Positions 40,380 through 50,702 of a stretch of DNA of 64,000 nucleotides are shown here, piece after piece. The stretch is from NCBI GenBank assembly GCA_963727805.1, contig CAVSHF010000003.1:1920001-1984000 (forward strand), written 5' to 3'. Source of the DNA: an uncultured Nitrospiraceae bacterium. GTDB lineage: Bacteria; Nitrospirota; Thermodesulfovibrionia; Thermodesulfovibrionales; Dissulfurispiraceae. The notes beneath the pieces were generated by a model. It had not been told where the DNA came from. It did no database searches and was given only the letters and a program-made list of their open reading frames with translations. Every line of letters begins with the position of its first letter. The first letter of the stretch is position 1. Both the position numbers and the translations under genes were made by a program.

Positions 40380-41534
40380 ATGATACCGCTGTCAGTGCCC
40401 ACGCTTAGAGGGAATGAATGGAAATATGTCAAGGAATGCCTGGATACTGAATGGGTATCCTCTGCCGGTCAGTATGTCGACAGGTTCGAGACGGACTTTT
40501 GTACATTTACTGGGGCAAGCCACGCAGTTGCCTGCGTAAACGGGACAGCTGCGCTTCATGTGGCGCTCCGGCTTGTTGGGGTGCAACCGGGGGACGAGGT
40601 AATCGTTCCGACGCTTACGTTTATTGCCACCGTGAATGCAGTGAATTACATGGCTGCGGAACCGGTTTTCATGGACTGTGACGAATACTACAACATTGAT
40701 GTCCTCAAGACGGCTGAGTTTCTTGATCGAGAGACCGATTTCAAAAACGGAAACACCTGGAGCAGAAAAACAGGAAAGCGGATAGCCGCAATTATACCTG
40801 TTCATGTTTTCGGCAATGCTGTCAAGATGCATGAACTGATCTCACTCTGCGGCGAGCGCAACATCAAGGTGGTCGAGGACGCGACCGAGAGTCTTGGCAC
40901 CTTTTACTCCTCTGGCGATCTGAAGGGGAAACATGCCGGAACTGTGGGCGACATCGGTTGCTTCTCGTTCAACGGAAACAAGATCATCACCACCGGTGGT
41001 GGCGGAATGATCGTCACCAACGTTGTAGAGTACGCCGAAAGGGCCAAATATCTGACCACTCAGGCAAAAGACGACGAGGTAAGATATATTCACAACGAGG
41101 TGGGCTATAACTTTCGTCTGACTAATATCCAAGCGGCAATCGGCGTGGCCCAAATGGAGCTTCTTCCGGAATTCCTGCGCGCGAAGCATAACAACTATAT
41201 TGCCTACAAGAAGAAGATCGAACGGATCGACGGGCTCACCCTGGCGGAAAGCCCCCCATACGCCCGTAATAATTACTGGATGTACCCGCTGCAGATCGAC
41301 CGGGAAGTCTACGGCAAAGACCGCGAGGAGTTGATGGAATACTTGAAGGGGGAAGGGATACAGACCCGCCCTGTTTGGCATCTTAACCACTTGCAGGTTC
41401 CTTACAGCAAGTGCCGAAGTTATCACATAGAGAAGGCCCTTCACTTGCTTGAGGTGACACTGAGTGTTCCGTGCAGCGCAAACTTAAAAATGAGCGAAAT
41501 CGAGTACGTAACTGAAAGGCTGCGTCGTGGTTAG
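40380..41534 (+). CDS. legC: PLP-dependent sugar aminotransferase (LegC/LgaB type)
   Basis: IPLSVP.L.GNEWKYVKECLDT.WVSS, SFNGNKIITTGGGG, YLTTQAK. Confidence 0.88.
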   Translation: MIPLSVPTLRGNEWKYVKECLDTEWVSSAGQYVDRFETDFCTFTGASHAVACVNGTAALHVALRLVGVQPGDEVIVPTLTFIATVNAVNYMAAEPVFMDCDEYYNIDVLKTAEFLDRETDFKNGNTWSRKTGKRIAAIIPVHVFGNAVKMHELISLCGERNIKVVEDATESLGTFYSSGDLKGKHAGTVGDIGCFSFNGNKIITTGGGGMIVTNVVEYAERAKYLTTQAKDDEVRYIHNEVGYNFRLTNIQAAIGVAQMELLPEFLRAKHNNYIAYKKKIERIDGLTLAESPPYARNNYWMYPLQIDREVYGKDREELMEYLKGEGIQTRPVWHLNHLQVPYSKCRSYHIEKALHLLEVTLSVPCSANLKMSEIEYVTERLRRG

Positions 41535-42156
41535 AATCGTCGTCATTGGTGGTGGAGGCCACGCCAAGGTGGTTATAAGCATGCTGAAAAAATCCGGCTA
41601 TGACATTGCAGGATATACTGACCGCGGGGACCGGGGTGTTATTCTTGGGATCCCGTATCTCGGCGACGACAGCATCCTTTCGGATTTCAGTGGAAATTAT
41701 CCAGACTGTGTGGCGGTTATCGGCATAGGGAAGATCGACTCATCGCGACTGAGGCTTGCCCTGCAAGACAAAATCGCAACAATTGGCTTCGATTTCCCGG
41801 TTATTGTCTCGCCCCATGCGGTTATCAACGAGACCGTGTCCATCGGTGCAGGCACGGTTGTCTTTGACGGTGTGGTGGTCAACAGCGGTACGGAGATGGG
41901 CAGGGCTTGCATCCTCAACACCAACAGCACTATCGATCATGACTGCCGGCTGGGCGACAACGTCCATATCGCGCCGGGGGTAACTCTCAGCGGTGCTGTG
42001 AACATCGGTCATAACACCATGATCGGAACTGGAGCCACGGTCATCCATTCCGTTTCTATTATTGAGGAGTGCCTGGTTGGTGCTGGCTCGACGGTAGTTA
42101 AGGACATCACCGTACCCGGGACGTATGTGGGATCTCCGGCGAAGAGGATCAGGTGA
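41527..42156 (+). CDS. neuD: NeuD/PglD-family hexapeptide-repeat sugar acetyltransferase
   Basis: IGGGGHAKV, IDHDC, HIAPG, G.PAK; left-handed beta-helix repeats. Confidence 0.85.
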   Translation: MVRIVVIGGGGHAKVVISMLKKSGYDIAGYTDRGDRGVILGIPYLGDDSILSDFSGNYPDCVAVIGIGKIDSSRLRLALQDKIATIGFDFPVIVSPHAVINETVSIGAGTVVFDGVVVNSGTEMGRACILNTNSTIDHDCRLGDNVHIAPGVTLSGAVNIGHNTMIGTGATVIHSVSIIEECLVGAGSTVVKDITVPGTYVGSPAKRIR

Positions 42157-43172
42157 GCAACAAAAAGAGAGCTTACATTATTGCCGAAGCCGGGGTGAAT
42201 CATAACGGATCACTGGACATTGCCAGAGGCCTCGTTGACGCCGCCAAATTGTGCGGAGCTGATGCCGTCAAGTTCCAGACTTTCAGGACTGAAAGACTCG
42301 TCACTAGAGACGCTGAAAAGGCTCAATACCAGAAACGTACCAGTTCGGGTGGTAATTCGCAGTTCGATATGCTCAAGAAACTCGAACTTAGTGAAGACAA
42401 TTTCAGGGTACTCTTCGATCACTGTAACAAGATCGGAATCGAGTTCCTATCAAGCCCCTTCGACGAAGAGAGCGCGGATCTGCTCGACTCTCTTGGAATG
42501 GCTACCTTTAAAATACCATCCGGTGAGATCACAAACCATCCGTTTCTGAAGCATGTAGCCCAGCGAGGGAAGCCAGTAATCTTGTCAACAGGCATGTCTA
42601 CACTGGGCGAGGTTGAGGAGGCCGTTGGGATTTTCAACGCCTGTGGAACGCCCCATCTCACGCTGTTGCACTGCGTCACCGAGTACCCCGCCCCCTATGG
42701 GGAGACTAACCTGAAAGCGATGATCACCCTGCGAACTGCCTTCGGGCTAGATATAGGGTATTCTGATCACACTCCCGGTATCGAGATTCCGCTGGCGGCA
42801 GTCGCCCTCGGGGCCAAGGTCATTGAAAAGCACTTCACTCTGGATAACGAAATGGATGGTCCTGACCACAGGGCGTCGCTTAATCCGGCCGACTTCGGGC
42901 GAATGGTCCTGGCGATACGGAACGTGGAGCAGGCCATGGGGGATGGGATTAAAAGGCCGGCACGTTGTGAGTTGCAAAATATCGGCATCGCCCGAAAAAG
43001 CATTGTAGCCGCCGAGACGATCAAGAAGGGTGGGATTATCTCACTTGACAAGCTGTCGATCAAACGACCGGGATACGGTATCCAGCCGAAGGACATCGAC
43101 AAACTGATCGGGCTGAGGTCAAACAGGACGATTTCAAAGGATGAAGTTTTGACATGGGATGATCTCGCATGA
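42153..43172 (+). CDS. neuB: Nonulosonic acid synthase (NeuB/LegI)
   Basis: IIAEAGVNHNG, KIPSGEITN, GYSDHT, IEKHFTLD, GPDH, C-terminal SAF domain KRPG. Confidence 0.95.
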   Translation: MSNKKRAYIIAEAGVNHNGSLDIARGLVDAAKLCGADAVKFQTFRTERLVTRDAEKAQYQKRTSSGGNSQFDMLKKLELSEDNFRVLFDHCNKIGIEFLSSPFDEESADLLDSLGMATFKIPSGEITNHPFLKHVAQRGKPVILSTGMSTLGEVEEAVGIFNACGTPHLTLLHCVTEYPAPYGETNLKAMITLRTAFGLDIGYSDHTPGIEIPLAAVALGAKVIEKHFTLDNEMDGPDHRASLNPADFGRMVLAIRNVEQAMGDGIKRPARCELQNIGIARKSIVAAETIKKGGIISLDKLSIKRPGYGIQPKDIDKLIGLRSNRTISKDEVLTWDDLA

Positions 43173-44341
43173 AAAATAGAAAGATCTGCGTTGTCACCAC
43201 GACCCGGGCCGATTACGGGCTGCTTTACTGGCTCATGAAAGAGATCGACGAGGATCCCGAGCTCGAATTGAGTCTCATCGCAACAGGGATGCATCTGTCG
43301 TCCGAATTCGGTATGACTGTGAGAGAAATCGAGAAAGACGGTTTTCATATCGACAGGCGAATCGAGATGCTGCTTTCTTCAAACAGTGAGAGCGGTATCG
43401 TCAAGTCAATGGGGGTGGCTATGATCTCCTTCGCTGACGCACTGAAGGAGATTGGGCCTGACATCATTGTTCTTTTGGGAGACCGTTTCGAGATCGTTCC
43501 AGTTGCCCTAGCATCGGTTGTATTCAAGATTCCCGTGGCCCATATTCATGGGGGCGAGACCAGTCAAGGGGCCATTGACGAGGCCTTCAGGCATGCCGTG
43601 ACCAAGATGGCGAGTATTCATTTTCCGGCAACCGAAACTTATCGAAACAGAATTCTCCAAATGGGAGAGCGGCCCGATCTTACTTTCAATTTAGGGGCTC
43701 CTGGACTTGACTCCATCTACAGACTGCCCTTGTTTGATAAAAGTGAGCTGCAAGAGTCGCTCCAGTTCCGACTGGACGGGACTGTGGCCTTGGTAACCTT
43801 TCATCCAGTGACCACCGAGTCTGGAACCGCCGTGGCGCAGGTTGAAAATCTGCTGATGGCGATCGAAGATGCTGGCATCAGGGCGCTCTTCACCAAAGCC
43901 AACGCCGATGCGGACGGCAGCATCATCAACAGACGACTTGCTGAGTTCTGCCAGAACAGCCCAGATAATTTCAAACTCTTCGACAGCTTGGGACAAACGA
44001 GGTACCTGAGCTGCATGAAAAACCTAGATCTGATGCTCGGAAACTCTTCGAGTGGCCTGATCGAAGCGCCATCTTTCAGATTGCCCGTCGTCAACATAGG
44101 CGATCGTCAGAAGGGAAGAATGCGGGCCGCCAACGTGATCGATGTCGGCAACTCGGTCGCTGAGATCAAAGGCGGGATAGCCAGGGCAATTTCGATAGAT
44201 TTCAGAAAATCGATTGAAAACATGGTAAACCCCAATGACACATTCCAGGACGGGAAAACGTCCAGGCGGATAAAGGAACAACTGAAGATAATTGAAATCT
44301 CGGAACTGCTGCTCAAAAAAGAGTTTCGGGATATTCTATGA
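43169..44341 (+). CDS. neuC: Hydrolysing NDP-sugar 2-epimerase (NeuC/LegG)
   Basis: TRADYGLL, LGDRFE, HIHGGE, GNSSSG, GDRQKGR. Confidence 0.93.
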   Translation: MKNRKICVVTTTRADYGLLYWLMKEIDEDPELELSLIATGMHLSSEFGMTVREIEKDGFHIDRRIEMLLSSNSESGIVKSMGVAMISFADALKEIGPDIIVLLGDRFEIVPVALASVVFKIPVAHIHGGETSQGAIDEAFRHAVTKMASIHFPATETYRNRILQMGERPDLTFNLGAPGLDSIYRLPLFDKSELQESLQFRLDGTVALVTFHPVTTESGTAVAQVENLLMAIEDAGIRALFTKANADADGSIINRRLAEFCQNSPDNFKLFDSLGQTRYLSCMKNLDLMLGNSSSGLIEAPSFRLPVVNIGDRQKGRMRAANVIDVGNSVAEIKGGIARAISIDFRKSIENMVNPNDTFQDGKTSRRIKEQLKIIEISELLLKKEFRDIL

Positions 44342-44351
44342 GAGGCCCATT

Positions 44352-45422
44352 ATGATCAATACCCTGACGATTAAGCATGGCTCACGAATCAAGGATGCCT
44401 TGAAACAGCTTGAGGAAACTGAACGGAAGACCCTGTTTGTCGTCAATGACGAAGGACGATTAATCGGCACCTTGACTGATGGCGATATTCGTCGTTGGAT
44501 ACTGGCGGAAGGGAGCCTCGATGGGGTAGTTGAGAAAGTCTGCAATAGGTCACCTCGCGTAGCTAGTGTTGATTATGATGCGGAGCAGGTAAGAAAAGAG
44601 ATGCTTGAGAATAAGATCGGATGCATTCCGATTGTAAATGCTGATAGAGAAATCGTCGATGTCCTTTTCTGGGAAAATCTCTTCGGTGAAGGAGTGTCTC
44701 GAAAGCAGGTTAAGCCAATTGAGTTGCCTGTCGTCATAATGGCAGGCGGGAAAGGGACAAGGCTCGACCCGTTCACAAAGATTCTGCCGAAACCGTTGAT
44801 ACCGCTTGGAGACAAAACAGTCATCGAGATCATCATCGACTCCTTCGTGGAGTGCGGTGTAGGAAAATTCTATATCTCCGTCAACTACAAGTCGAAAATC
44901 ATCAAATCGTACTTTGAGGAACTCGATCCAGCGTATGTGATCGAATATATATGTGAGGAAAAGCCGTTGGGCACGGCCGGGAGCCTCAGATATCTCTGCG
45001 GCAAGATCGACACCTCCCTCATAATCACCAACTGCGACGTCATCATTAAGGCCGATTATCATGATATTGTCGAACAACATCTCTCCAGCGGCAATGATAT
45101 CACGCTGGTAGCTTCCCTAAAAAATTACAGTATACCCTACGGCGTCTGTGAGATAGAAAACGGTGGAACCTTAAGCAGAATTAGGGAAAAGCCAGAATAC
45201 AACTTTCTAGTGAATACGGGTCTGTACGTGATCAAGCACGAGACACTGGAACTGATTCCCGAAAATGAGTTCTTCCATATTACGCATCTCATCGAAAAGG
45301 TAAAGGAGGCGGGGGGCAAGATCGGCGTCTATCCCATCAGTGATAAGTCGTGGATAGATACTGGTGAGTGGGCAGAATACAAAAATGCACTAAGTCAGAT
45401 CAATTCTACTTTGAATTCATAA
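44352..45422 (+). CDS. CBS-domain nucleotidyltransferase (PtmE/LgaF type)
   Basis: GTLTDGDIRR CBS pair; MAGGKGTRL.P.T..LPKPL; PLGTAGSL; W.D.G. Confidence 0.88.
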   Translation: MINTLTIKHGSRIKDALKQLEETERKTLFVVNDEGRLIGTLTDGDIRRWILAEGSLDGVVEKVCNRSPRVASVDYDAEQVRKEMLENKIGCIPIVNADREIVDVLFWENLFGEGVSRKQVKPIELPVVIMAGGKGTRLDPFTKILPKPLIPLGDKTVIEIIIDSFVECGVGKFYISVNYKSKIIKSYFEELDPAYVIEYICEEKPLGTAGSLRYLCGKIDTSLIITNCDVIIKADYHDIVEQHLSSGNDITLVASLKNYSIPYGVCEIENGGTLSRIREKPEYNFLVNTGLYVIKHETLELIPENEFFHITHLIEKVKEAGGKIGVYPISDKSWIDTGEWAEYKNALSQINSTLNS

Positions 45423-45445
45423 ACTGCATAAATAGGAATTGCCAA

Positions 45446-46159
45446 ATGCTAAGTGAAAAGAGAATAATCGCGGTGATACCGGCGCGCGGCGGGAGTAAAA
45501 CCGTTCCAGGAAAAAATATTAAGTTTCTGGATGGCAAACCGCTCATTGCGTGGTCCATTGAAGTGGCCCGGAGTGTTGTTGAGATAGATCGGGTTATCGT
45601 GTCGACCGATGATACTGCGATCAAGTCAGTCGCCCTGCAGTATGGCGCCGAGGTTTATGCTCGCCCCGAACATCTCGCAACTGACGAAGCTTTAGTCATC
45701 GATGCACTCCGCGAACTGATCACAAGACTCAGGATAGAAGGGGAGCAGGCAGAGATCATGGTACTGCTTGAGCCGACGTGCCCTTTGCGCACCGCCGGGG
45801 ATATAAGGGACTGTCTTGAGCTAATTGTCGGAGAGGGAACAGATTCGGTTGCAACTTTCAAGAAAGCCGATCTCAACCCGAACCGTGCCTGGAAAATCAT
45901 CGATGGGACACCTGAGGTTTTCATCCCTGGTGCTGTCCCCTGGATACCCCGCCAGAAACTGCCTGAAGCATATCAGCTGAATGGAGCCGTGTATGCCTTC
46001 ATTATCAATCGGCTACAGCCTGACAGTCCGTCGCTGCTGGTTGGAAAACTGGGTGCTGTTATCATGCCCTCGGAACGCTCTGTTGACATCGACGATGAAT
46101 TGGATTTCGAGATTGTTGAGACAATTATCAGAAGAAATAAGAACCGGAGGCAGTCATGA
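45446..46159 (+). CDS. neuA: Acylneuraminate cytidylyltransferase (CMP-nonulosonate synthetase)
   Basis: [37 protein letters not shown]. Confidence 0.93.
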   Translation: MLSEKRIIAVIPARGGSKTVPGKNIKFLDGKPLIAWSIEVARSVVEIDRVIVSTDDTAIKSVALQYGAEVYARPEHLATDEALVIDALRELITRLRIEGEQAEIMVLLEPTCPLRTAGDIRDCLELIVGEGTDSVATFKKADLNPNRAWKIIDGTPEVFIPGAVPWIPRQKLPEAYQLNGAVYAFIINRLQPDSPSLLVGKLGAVIMPSERSVDIDDELDFEIVETIIRRNKNRRQS

Positions 46160-46956
46160 GGAAAAGTGTCTTTGATCTCCTGTCCCTCAAGAACCGGACC
46201 GCCCTAGTCACCGGTGGGGCCGGCTATTTAGGGAGCGAGATGAGTTATACATTGGCGGAGCTTGGGGCGAACGTCATTATCGCCAGCCGTGACCTGAAGA
46301 AATGTCAGAAGCTGTGCGAAGAAATAGTCGAGAACGTGGGTAATGGGATTAAGACGCTTGCGATTGAACTCGATCTTCTAGACAAACAGTCAATTATCCG
46401 ATGCTTTGAAGAAATCCACAAACATTTTGATGCAATAGATATCCTGATCAACAATGCTTGGTCGGGCAACAAGAATAGTTGGGAATCAATTGACGATAAG
46501 GATTGGGACTACGACATCAATATGAGCTTGAACTCGAATTTCAGGATTACCAAAATTGCATTCCCTGATCTCGTGAAGACGAAAGGCGTTATTCTCAATA
46601 TCGCCTCGATGTACGGCCATGTAGGTCCGGACTATAGAATATACGACGGCAAGCAATTTACGAACCCACCGAGTTACGGCGCAGCGAAGGCGGGCGTGAT
46701 CCAGTTTACAAAGTACTTAGCGAGCTTTCTTTCTCCACATCAGATCAGGGTGAATGCCCTTAGCCCCGGTGCCTTTCCCCACAAGGAAACCCAGCAGCAC
46801 AAGGATTTTATGGAGCGACTCGGTGCCAAGAACCCCATGAACCGGATCGGCTACCCCCATGAACTGAAGGGGGCCGTGGCTCTGCTCTGCTCCGATGCCG
46901 GCAGCTACATTACCGGCCAGAACATCTGTGTTGATGGTGGGTGGGCTGCATGGTAA
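46156..46956 (+). CDS. SDR family oxidoreductase (PtmA-like)
   Basis: [26 protein letters not shown]. Confidence 0.88.
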   Translation: MRKSVFDLLSLKNRTALVTGGAGYLGSEMSYTLAELGANVIIASRDLKKCQKLCEEIVENVGNGIKTLAIELDLLDKQSIIRCFEEIHKHFDAIDILINNAWSGNKNSWESIDDKDWDYDINMSLNSNFRITKIAFPDLVKTKGVILNIASMYGHVGPDYRIYDGKQFTNPPSYGAAKAGVIQFTKYLASFLSPHQIRVNALSPGAFPHKETQQHKDFMERLGAKNPMNRIGYPHELKGAVALLCSDAGSYITGQNICVDGGWAAW

Positions 46957-47873
46957 TAAAATTGGGGATAATAGGCATCAGTGAGGGTAATGGCCACCCT
47001 TTTTCGTTTTCCACGATAATTAACGGTTACTCGGAGGAAGGACTCGCCACTTCGGGGTGGCCGGGTATCCATGACTACGTTAGACGCCGAGACCCCTCCG
47101 AATTCGGCTTCGAGGGGTTACAGGTAACCCACGCGTGGACCCAGGATCCCGACGTAACAAGGAAGCTGTGCAAGGCCTGTATGATTCCAAACCCAGTCAC
47201 AAAGCCGGAAGAAATGATTGGTATCGTCGACGCAGTGATAATCGCACGGGACGACTACGAGAGTCACTTCCGCATGGCAATCCCTTTTCTGAAAGCTGGC
47301 ATGCATGTTTTCGTCGACAAGCCCCTATCTATCGATGTCGATGAGCTCGGACAATTGCGGCAGTACCTGGAGAGCGGAAAGCTCATGTCCTGTTCTGGGA
47401 TGCGCTACGCCCGTGAACTGGACGAGGCCCGTTCCTCGTTGTCGGAATACGGCGAGATCAGACTTATCCGCGGGGCAATCCTTAATTCCTGGGAACAATA
47501 TGGTGTGCACTTAGTGGATGCAATTCTCAACACAGTCCGTACCCAACCGATATCTGTAGTTGCCCTCGCAGCGCCACATGCATCGTTTGCAGTCGCGATG
47601 GATGATGGATCTCTGGTCCAACTTGATGCATTGGGAGACGTATCCAGGTGTTTCAGGGTCGATATCTTCGGGACCAGGAAGATCACATCCCATGAGATAA
47701 CCGACAACTTCTCCATGTTCCGCAGGCTTTTGTGGCACTTTATCCACTCCATTAAAACTGGTGCGCCTGCCATCGACCCGCAGCAAACCCTGACCTCCAT
47801 GCGTCTTCTCATGGCCGGCAGATTAGCCCAATCCGAAGGGAGGAAGATATTCTTAAATGAAATACATATATAA
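46950..47873 (+). CDS. Gfo/Idh/MocA family oxidoreductase
   Basis: KLGIIG, GNGHP, H....FL.AG.HVFVDKP, YGVH. Confidence 0.8.
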   Translation: MVIKLGIIGISEGNGHPFSFSTIINGYSEEGLATSGWPGIHDYVRRRDPSEFGFEGLQVTHAWTQDPDVTRKLCKACMIPNPVTKPEEMIGIVDAVIIARDDYESHFRMAIPFLKAGMHVFVDKPLSIDVDELGQLRQYLESGKLMSCSGMRYARELDEARSSLSEYGEIRLIRGAILNSWEQYGVHLVDAILNTVRTQPISVVALAAPHASFAVAMDDGSLVQLDALGDVSRCFRVDIFGTRKITSHEITDNFSMFRRLLWHFIHSIKTGAPAIDPQQTLTSMRLLMAGRLAQSEGRKIFLNEIHI

Positions 47874-48681
47874 GAACATGTTCGATTTGAGTGGCAAGAC
47901 AGCGATCGTTACCGGTGGTCTGGGTATCCTCGGCCGCCGGTTTTGTCAGGGGCTGGCCGAATTTGGAGCCAATGTGGCAGTAGTCGACCTGGACGGGGAA
48001 AAAGCCTCCGAGTATGCCCGGGACTTGGCAAAGCAGTTCGGAGTAGGCGCTGAAGGGATTGCCTGCAACGTCTCCGATCCACTTTCTGCGGGGGCCATGG
48101 TGCAGAAAGTGGTGGAGAGGTTCGGCAAGGTGCATATTCTACATAACAATGCTGCTTCCAAGTCTTCTAACCTGAACGCTTTCTTTGCTCCATTCGAGGA
48201 ATACTCTATAGAAGAGTGGCGTAAGGTCATGGCGGTGAACATCGACGGTATGTTTCTGGTTGCACAAGCAGTCGGCGCGCAGATGATTAAACAGAAATCG
48301 GGGGGCAGTATCATCCAGACTTCTTCTATTTATGGCCTTTACGCTTCGGACAAGCGGATCTACGAGGGATCTTTCTACATGGGAATGCAGATTAGCAATC
48401 CGGCCGTCTATTCGGCTTCCAAGGCAGCTGTCGTTGGCCTTACAAAATATCTGGCCGCCTATTGGGCAGACAAAGGGATACGGGTCAACACCCTAGTCCC
48501 TGCCGGCGTTGAAAGCGGACAAAATGAAACCTTTAAAGAGCGCTATTCCGCACGAGTTCCCTTTGGCCGTATGGCACAGGGTGAAGAGATGGTTGGCGCT
48601 TTGATATACCTTGCTTCAGATGCATCCAGCTATGTGACCGGACAGGATATCGTGATCGACGGCGGTTTGAGCGCTTGGTAA
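47857..48681 (+). CDS. SDR family oxidoreductase (PtmA-like)
   Basis: TGGLGILG, HNNAA, SSIYG, YSASK, IDGG. Confidence 0.88.
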   Translation: MKYIYKNMFDLSGKTAIVTGGLGILGRRFCQGLAEFGANVAVVDLDGEKASEYARDLAKQFGVGAEGIACNVSDPLSAGAMVQKVVERFGKVHILHNNAASKSSNLNAFFAPFEEYSIEEWRKVMAVNIDGMFLVAQAVGAQMIKQKSGGSIIQTSSIYGLYASDKRIYEGSFYMGMQISNPAVYSASKAAVVGLTKYLAAYWADKGIRVNTLVPAGVESGQNETFKERYSARVPFGRMAQGEEMVGALIYLASDASSYVTGQDIVIDGGLSAW

Positions 48682-48903
48682 GATTTGCTGCACCACTTTA
48701 ACGATTTAGAAAGCTCGTGGGGCTGATAATTACCCAATGTTTGAGAAAATAAAACAAAAATATGACCTTCTAATTTCATCGCCGGGTGAGTATGCATTAC
48801 GCGATATCGCAAGCAATCTTAAATTTCGGTTTATTTGCGAAGCTAGAGATTTATTCAGTTCTTATCAATTATTGTCTATATAGATTACAGGAGGTATCCA
48901 AAC

Positions 48904-50697
48904 ATGTCTCGATGGTATCTAACTTCAAGCGAAGATTCATCTATCAACGCTGAATCGGTTTGTGATAAAGCCGGCCTGCGCTCGTCTGGGCATATTTCTG
49001 ACCCCAATTGTCATGCACAAGCCTATATGAAACGCGTCGTTGATGTACCCACTTTTGTTAAATGTGGCGAGAACGATTGGATATGTTCCGCAGGAACAAT
49101 TATCTATAACGGAAGACTCGGCCCTGAAGCATTTCTAGATATGTATTCAGATTTTGTTAAGAGCGGAATCCACGGTGTTCGCTCGCGTGCAATCGGGCAC
49201 TATGCCCTAGCCATCAGGCATAACAATAATGTGACGGTCTTTACAGATCCACAGGGCGCAATAACTTTGTATTACATCAATACCGGTTCGTTCTGGTTTG
49301 TCTCTAATTCACTTGACCTATGTGCCCATGTGTTACCCGTCCGTAGGATTGATCCAATCAAATTAGCTATGACCGCCTTACAAACCTGCACACCAGGAGA
49401 AGATACTTTCTACGCCGGTATTAAGAGACTGTTTGGTACCCAAGTGATAGATATCAACATTAAAGATGGAAAGTTTAGAGTTGACAACATACCAAATATG
49501 GATTCTGCCAAGGCACACAATTATTCATCTCTAGCTGATGCAATTGATCATTACAAATCTGAAGTTAGGGCTGTCTTCCGAGAGTTGGCTGGGGTTGGAT
49601 CGATAGGACTTTTTGGAACGGGGGGACTTGATTCAAGGACTGTCCTAGCTGCATTATTGGATCAGAAAGTGACCCCGCAGATTATGTACGGAGTTGGAAA
49701 CAGCAGACTGACTGACGGCCACCCAACTGATATCAGTGTTGCAAAAAATATCGCTAAAACCTTCAATCTTCCGTTTCAGCAGTTGGATTGGTCAGGAGAA
49801 CAACCATATACGCAAGAAACTTTGCAGGAACTGTTTAAAATGTACGGGTTCCAGTACGAAATATACGGAGCGTCTCAACAATTCTTGCGGAGTATAGGTG
49901 GTGGTATTTCACCTTATCCGAATCTTATCCTCGGTGGAAGTGGTCCTGTATTTACAAACAGGAAGCCATGGCAGTTAGAACAAACAAATTTTTCATTTGA
50001 TGACCTCATCGAGTATGCTATGCCCCTTGATGTTAAGCGTTCGGATTTTCTTTTGAGAGAACCCTACAAATCCTCTTTCAGTCAGGAGGTGAGAATAGGG
50101 TTGCTCCGTGGTCAGATAGACTATCCTGAGACTGGAGCATCCCTGAAAACGTTCGTAAGAGCCTTTCTTTTTCTCTACTTGCGCCCTGAGGCGAGATTCC
50201 TCAACTTTGCTAATGAGTTTTGCCATTACATAAGCCCATTCCTAATGAAGAGGTTGCATGATCCTCTAATTGACGTTCCGTTTGAGTATAGAGCGAAGGA
50301 TAAATTCCAGGTGGGGCTTATTCACGCCCTGACGCCTGACCTGCTGGATCTACCCGTATGCTCCGGTCATAGGAATGCGAGATTTAATCGTGACACATTC
50401 GAGATGATGTTTGTTGAAGAGCAAACACTCCTGGGTCGTCTTGCTAGTGCACTTTTGCCATCCAGTTGCATAGAGCCTGCAAGACAATTTTACCATCGTA
50501 TAAAGCATGCGAAAAGGGAGGAAGTCTTAAAAATACCTGATAGAGATATGCAGATTATTCAGACTTACGGACGACAGGCTATGACTGATCCTATTGCCAA
50601 CGGGTGGTTTAGCTCTGCGTCTAATTTGCACATAAAGTCAGCGGAGCGAATCGCGCACTACCTAGTCGGAGTGAATAGCCTGGGTTATTCAGAGTAG
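48904..50697 (+). CDS. Divergent asparagine-synthetase-like ATP-dependent amidoligase
   Basis: Ntn-like N-part (GTIIYNG, GHYAL, FTDPQG..LYY, TFY.GIKRL) without Cys1; PP-loop variant TGGLDSR; SPFL. Confidence 0.65.
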   Translation: MSRWYLTSSEDSSINAESVCDKAGLRSSGHISDPNCHAQAYMKRVVDVPTFVKCGENDWICSAGTIIYNGRLGPEAFLDMYSDFVKSGIHGVRSRAIGHYALAIRHNNNVTVFTDPQGAITLYYINTGSFWFVSNSLDLCAHVLPVRRIDPIKLAMTALQTCTPGEDTFYAGIKRLFGTQVIDINIKDGKFRVDNIPNMDSAKAHNYSSLADAIDHYKSEVRAVFRELAGVGSIGLFGTGGLDSRTVLAALLDQKVTPQIMYGVGNSRLTDGHPTDISVAKNIAKTFNLPFQQLDWSGEQPYTQETLQELFKMYGFQYEIYGASQQFLRSIGGGISPYPNLILGGSGPVFTNRKPWQLEQTNFSFDDLIEYAMPLDVKRSDFLLREPYKSSFSQEVRIGLLRGQIDYPETGASLKTFVRAFLFLYLRPEARFLNFANEFCHYISPFLMKRLHDPLIDVPFEYRAKDKFQVGLIHALTPDLLDLPVCSGHRNARFNRDTFEMMFVEEQTLLGRLASALLPSSCIEPARQFYHRIKHAKREEVLKIPDRDMQIIQTYGRQAMTDPIANGWFSSASNLHIKSAERIAHYLVGVNSLGYSE

Positions 50698-50702
50698 CAA
50701 AC

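Noticed and set aside
48904..50697. Lasso peptide cyclase interpretation
   Set aside because: No precursor, B1/B2 protein or transporter nearby; the context is polysaccharide biosynthesis
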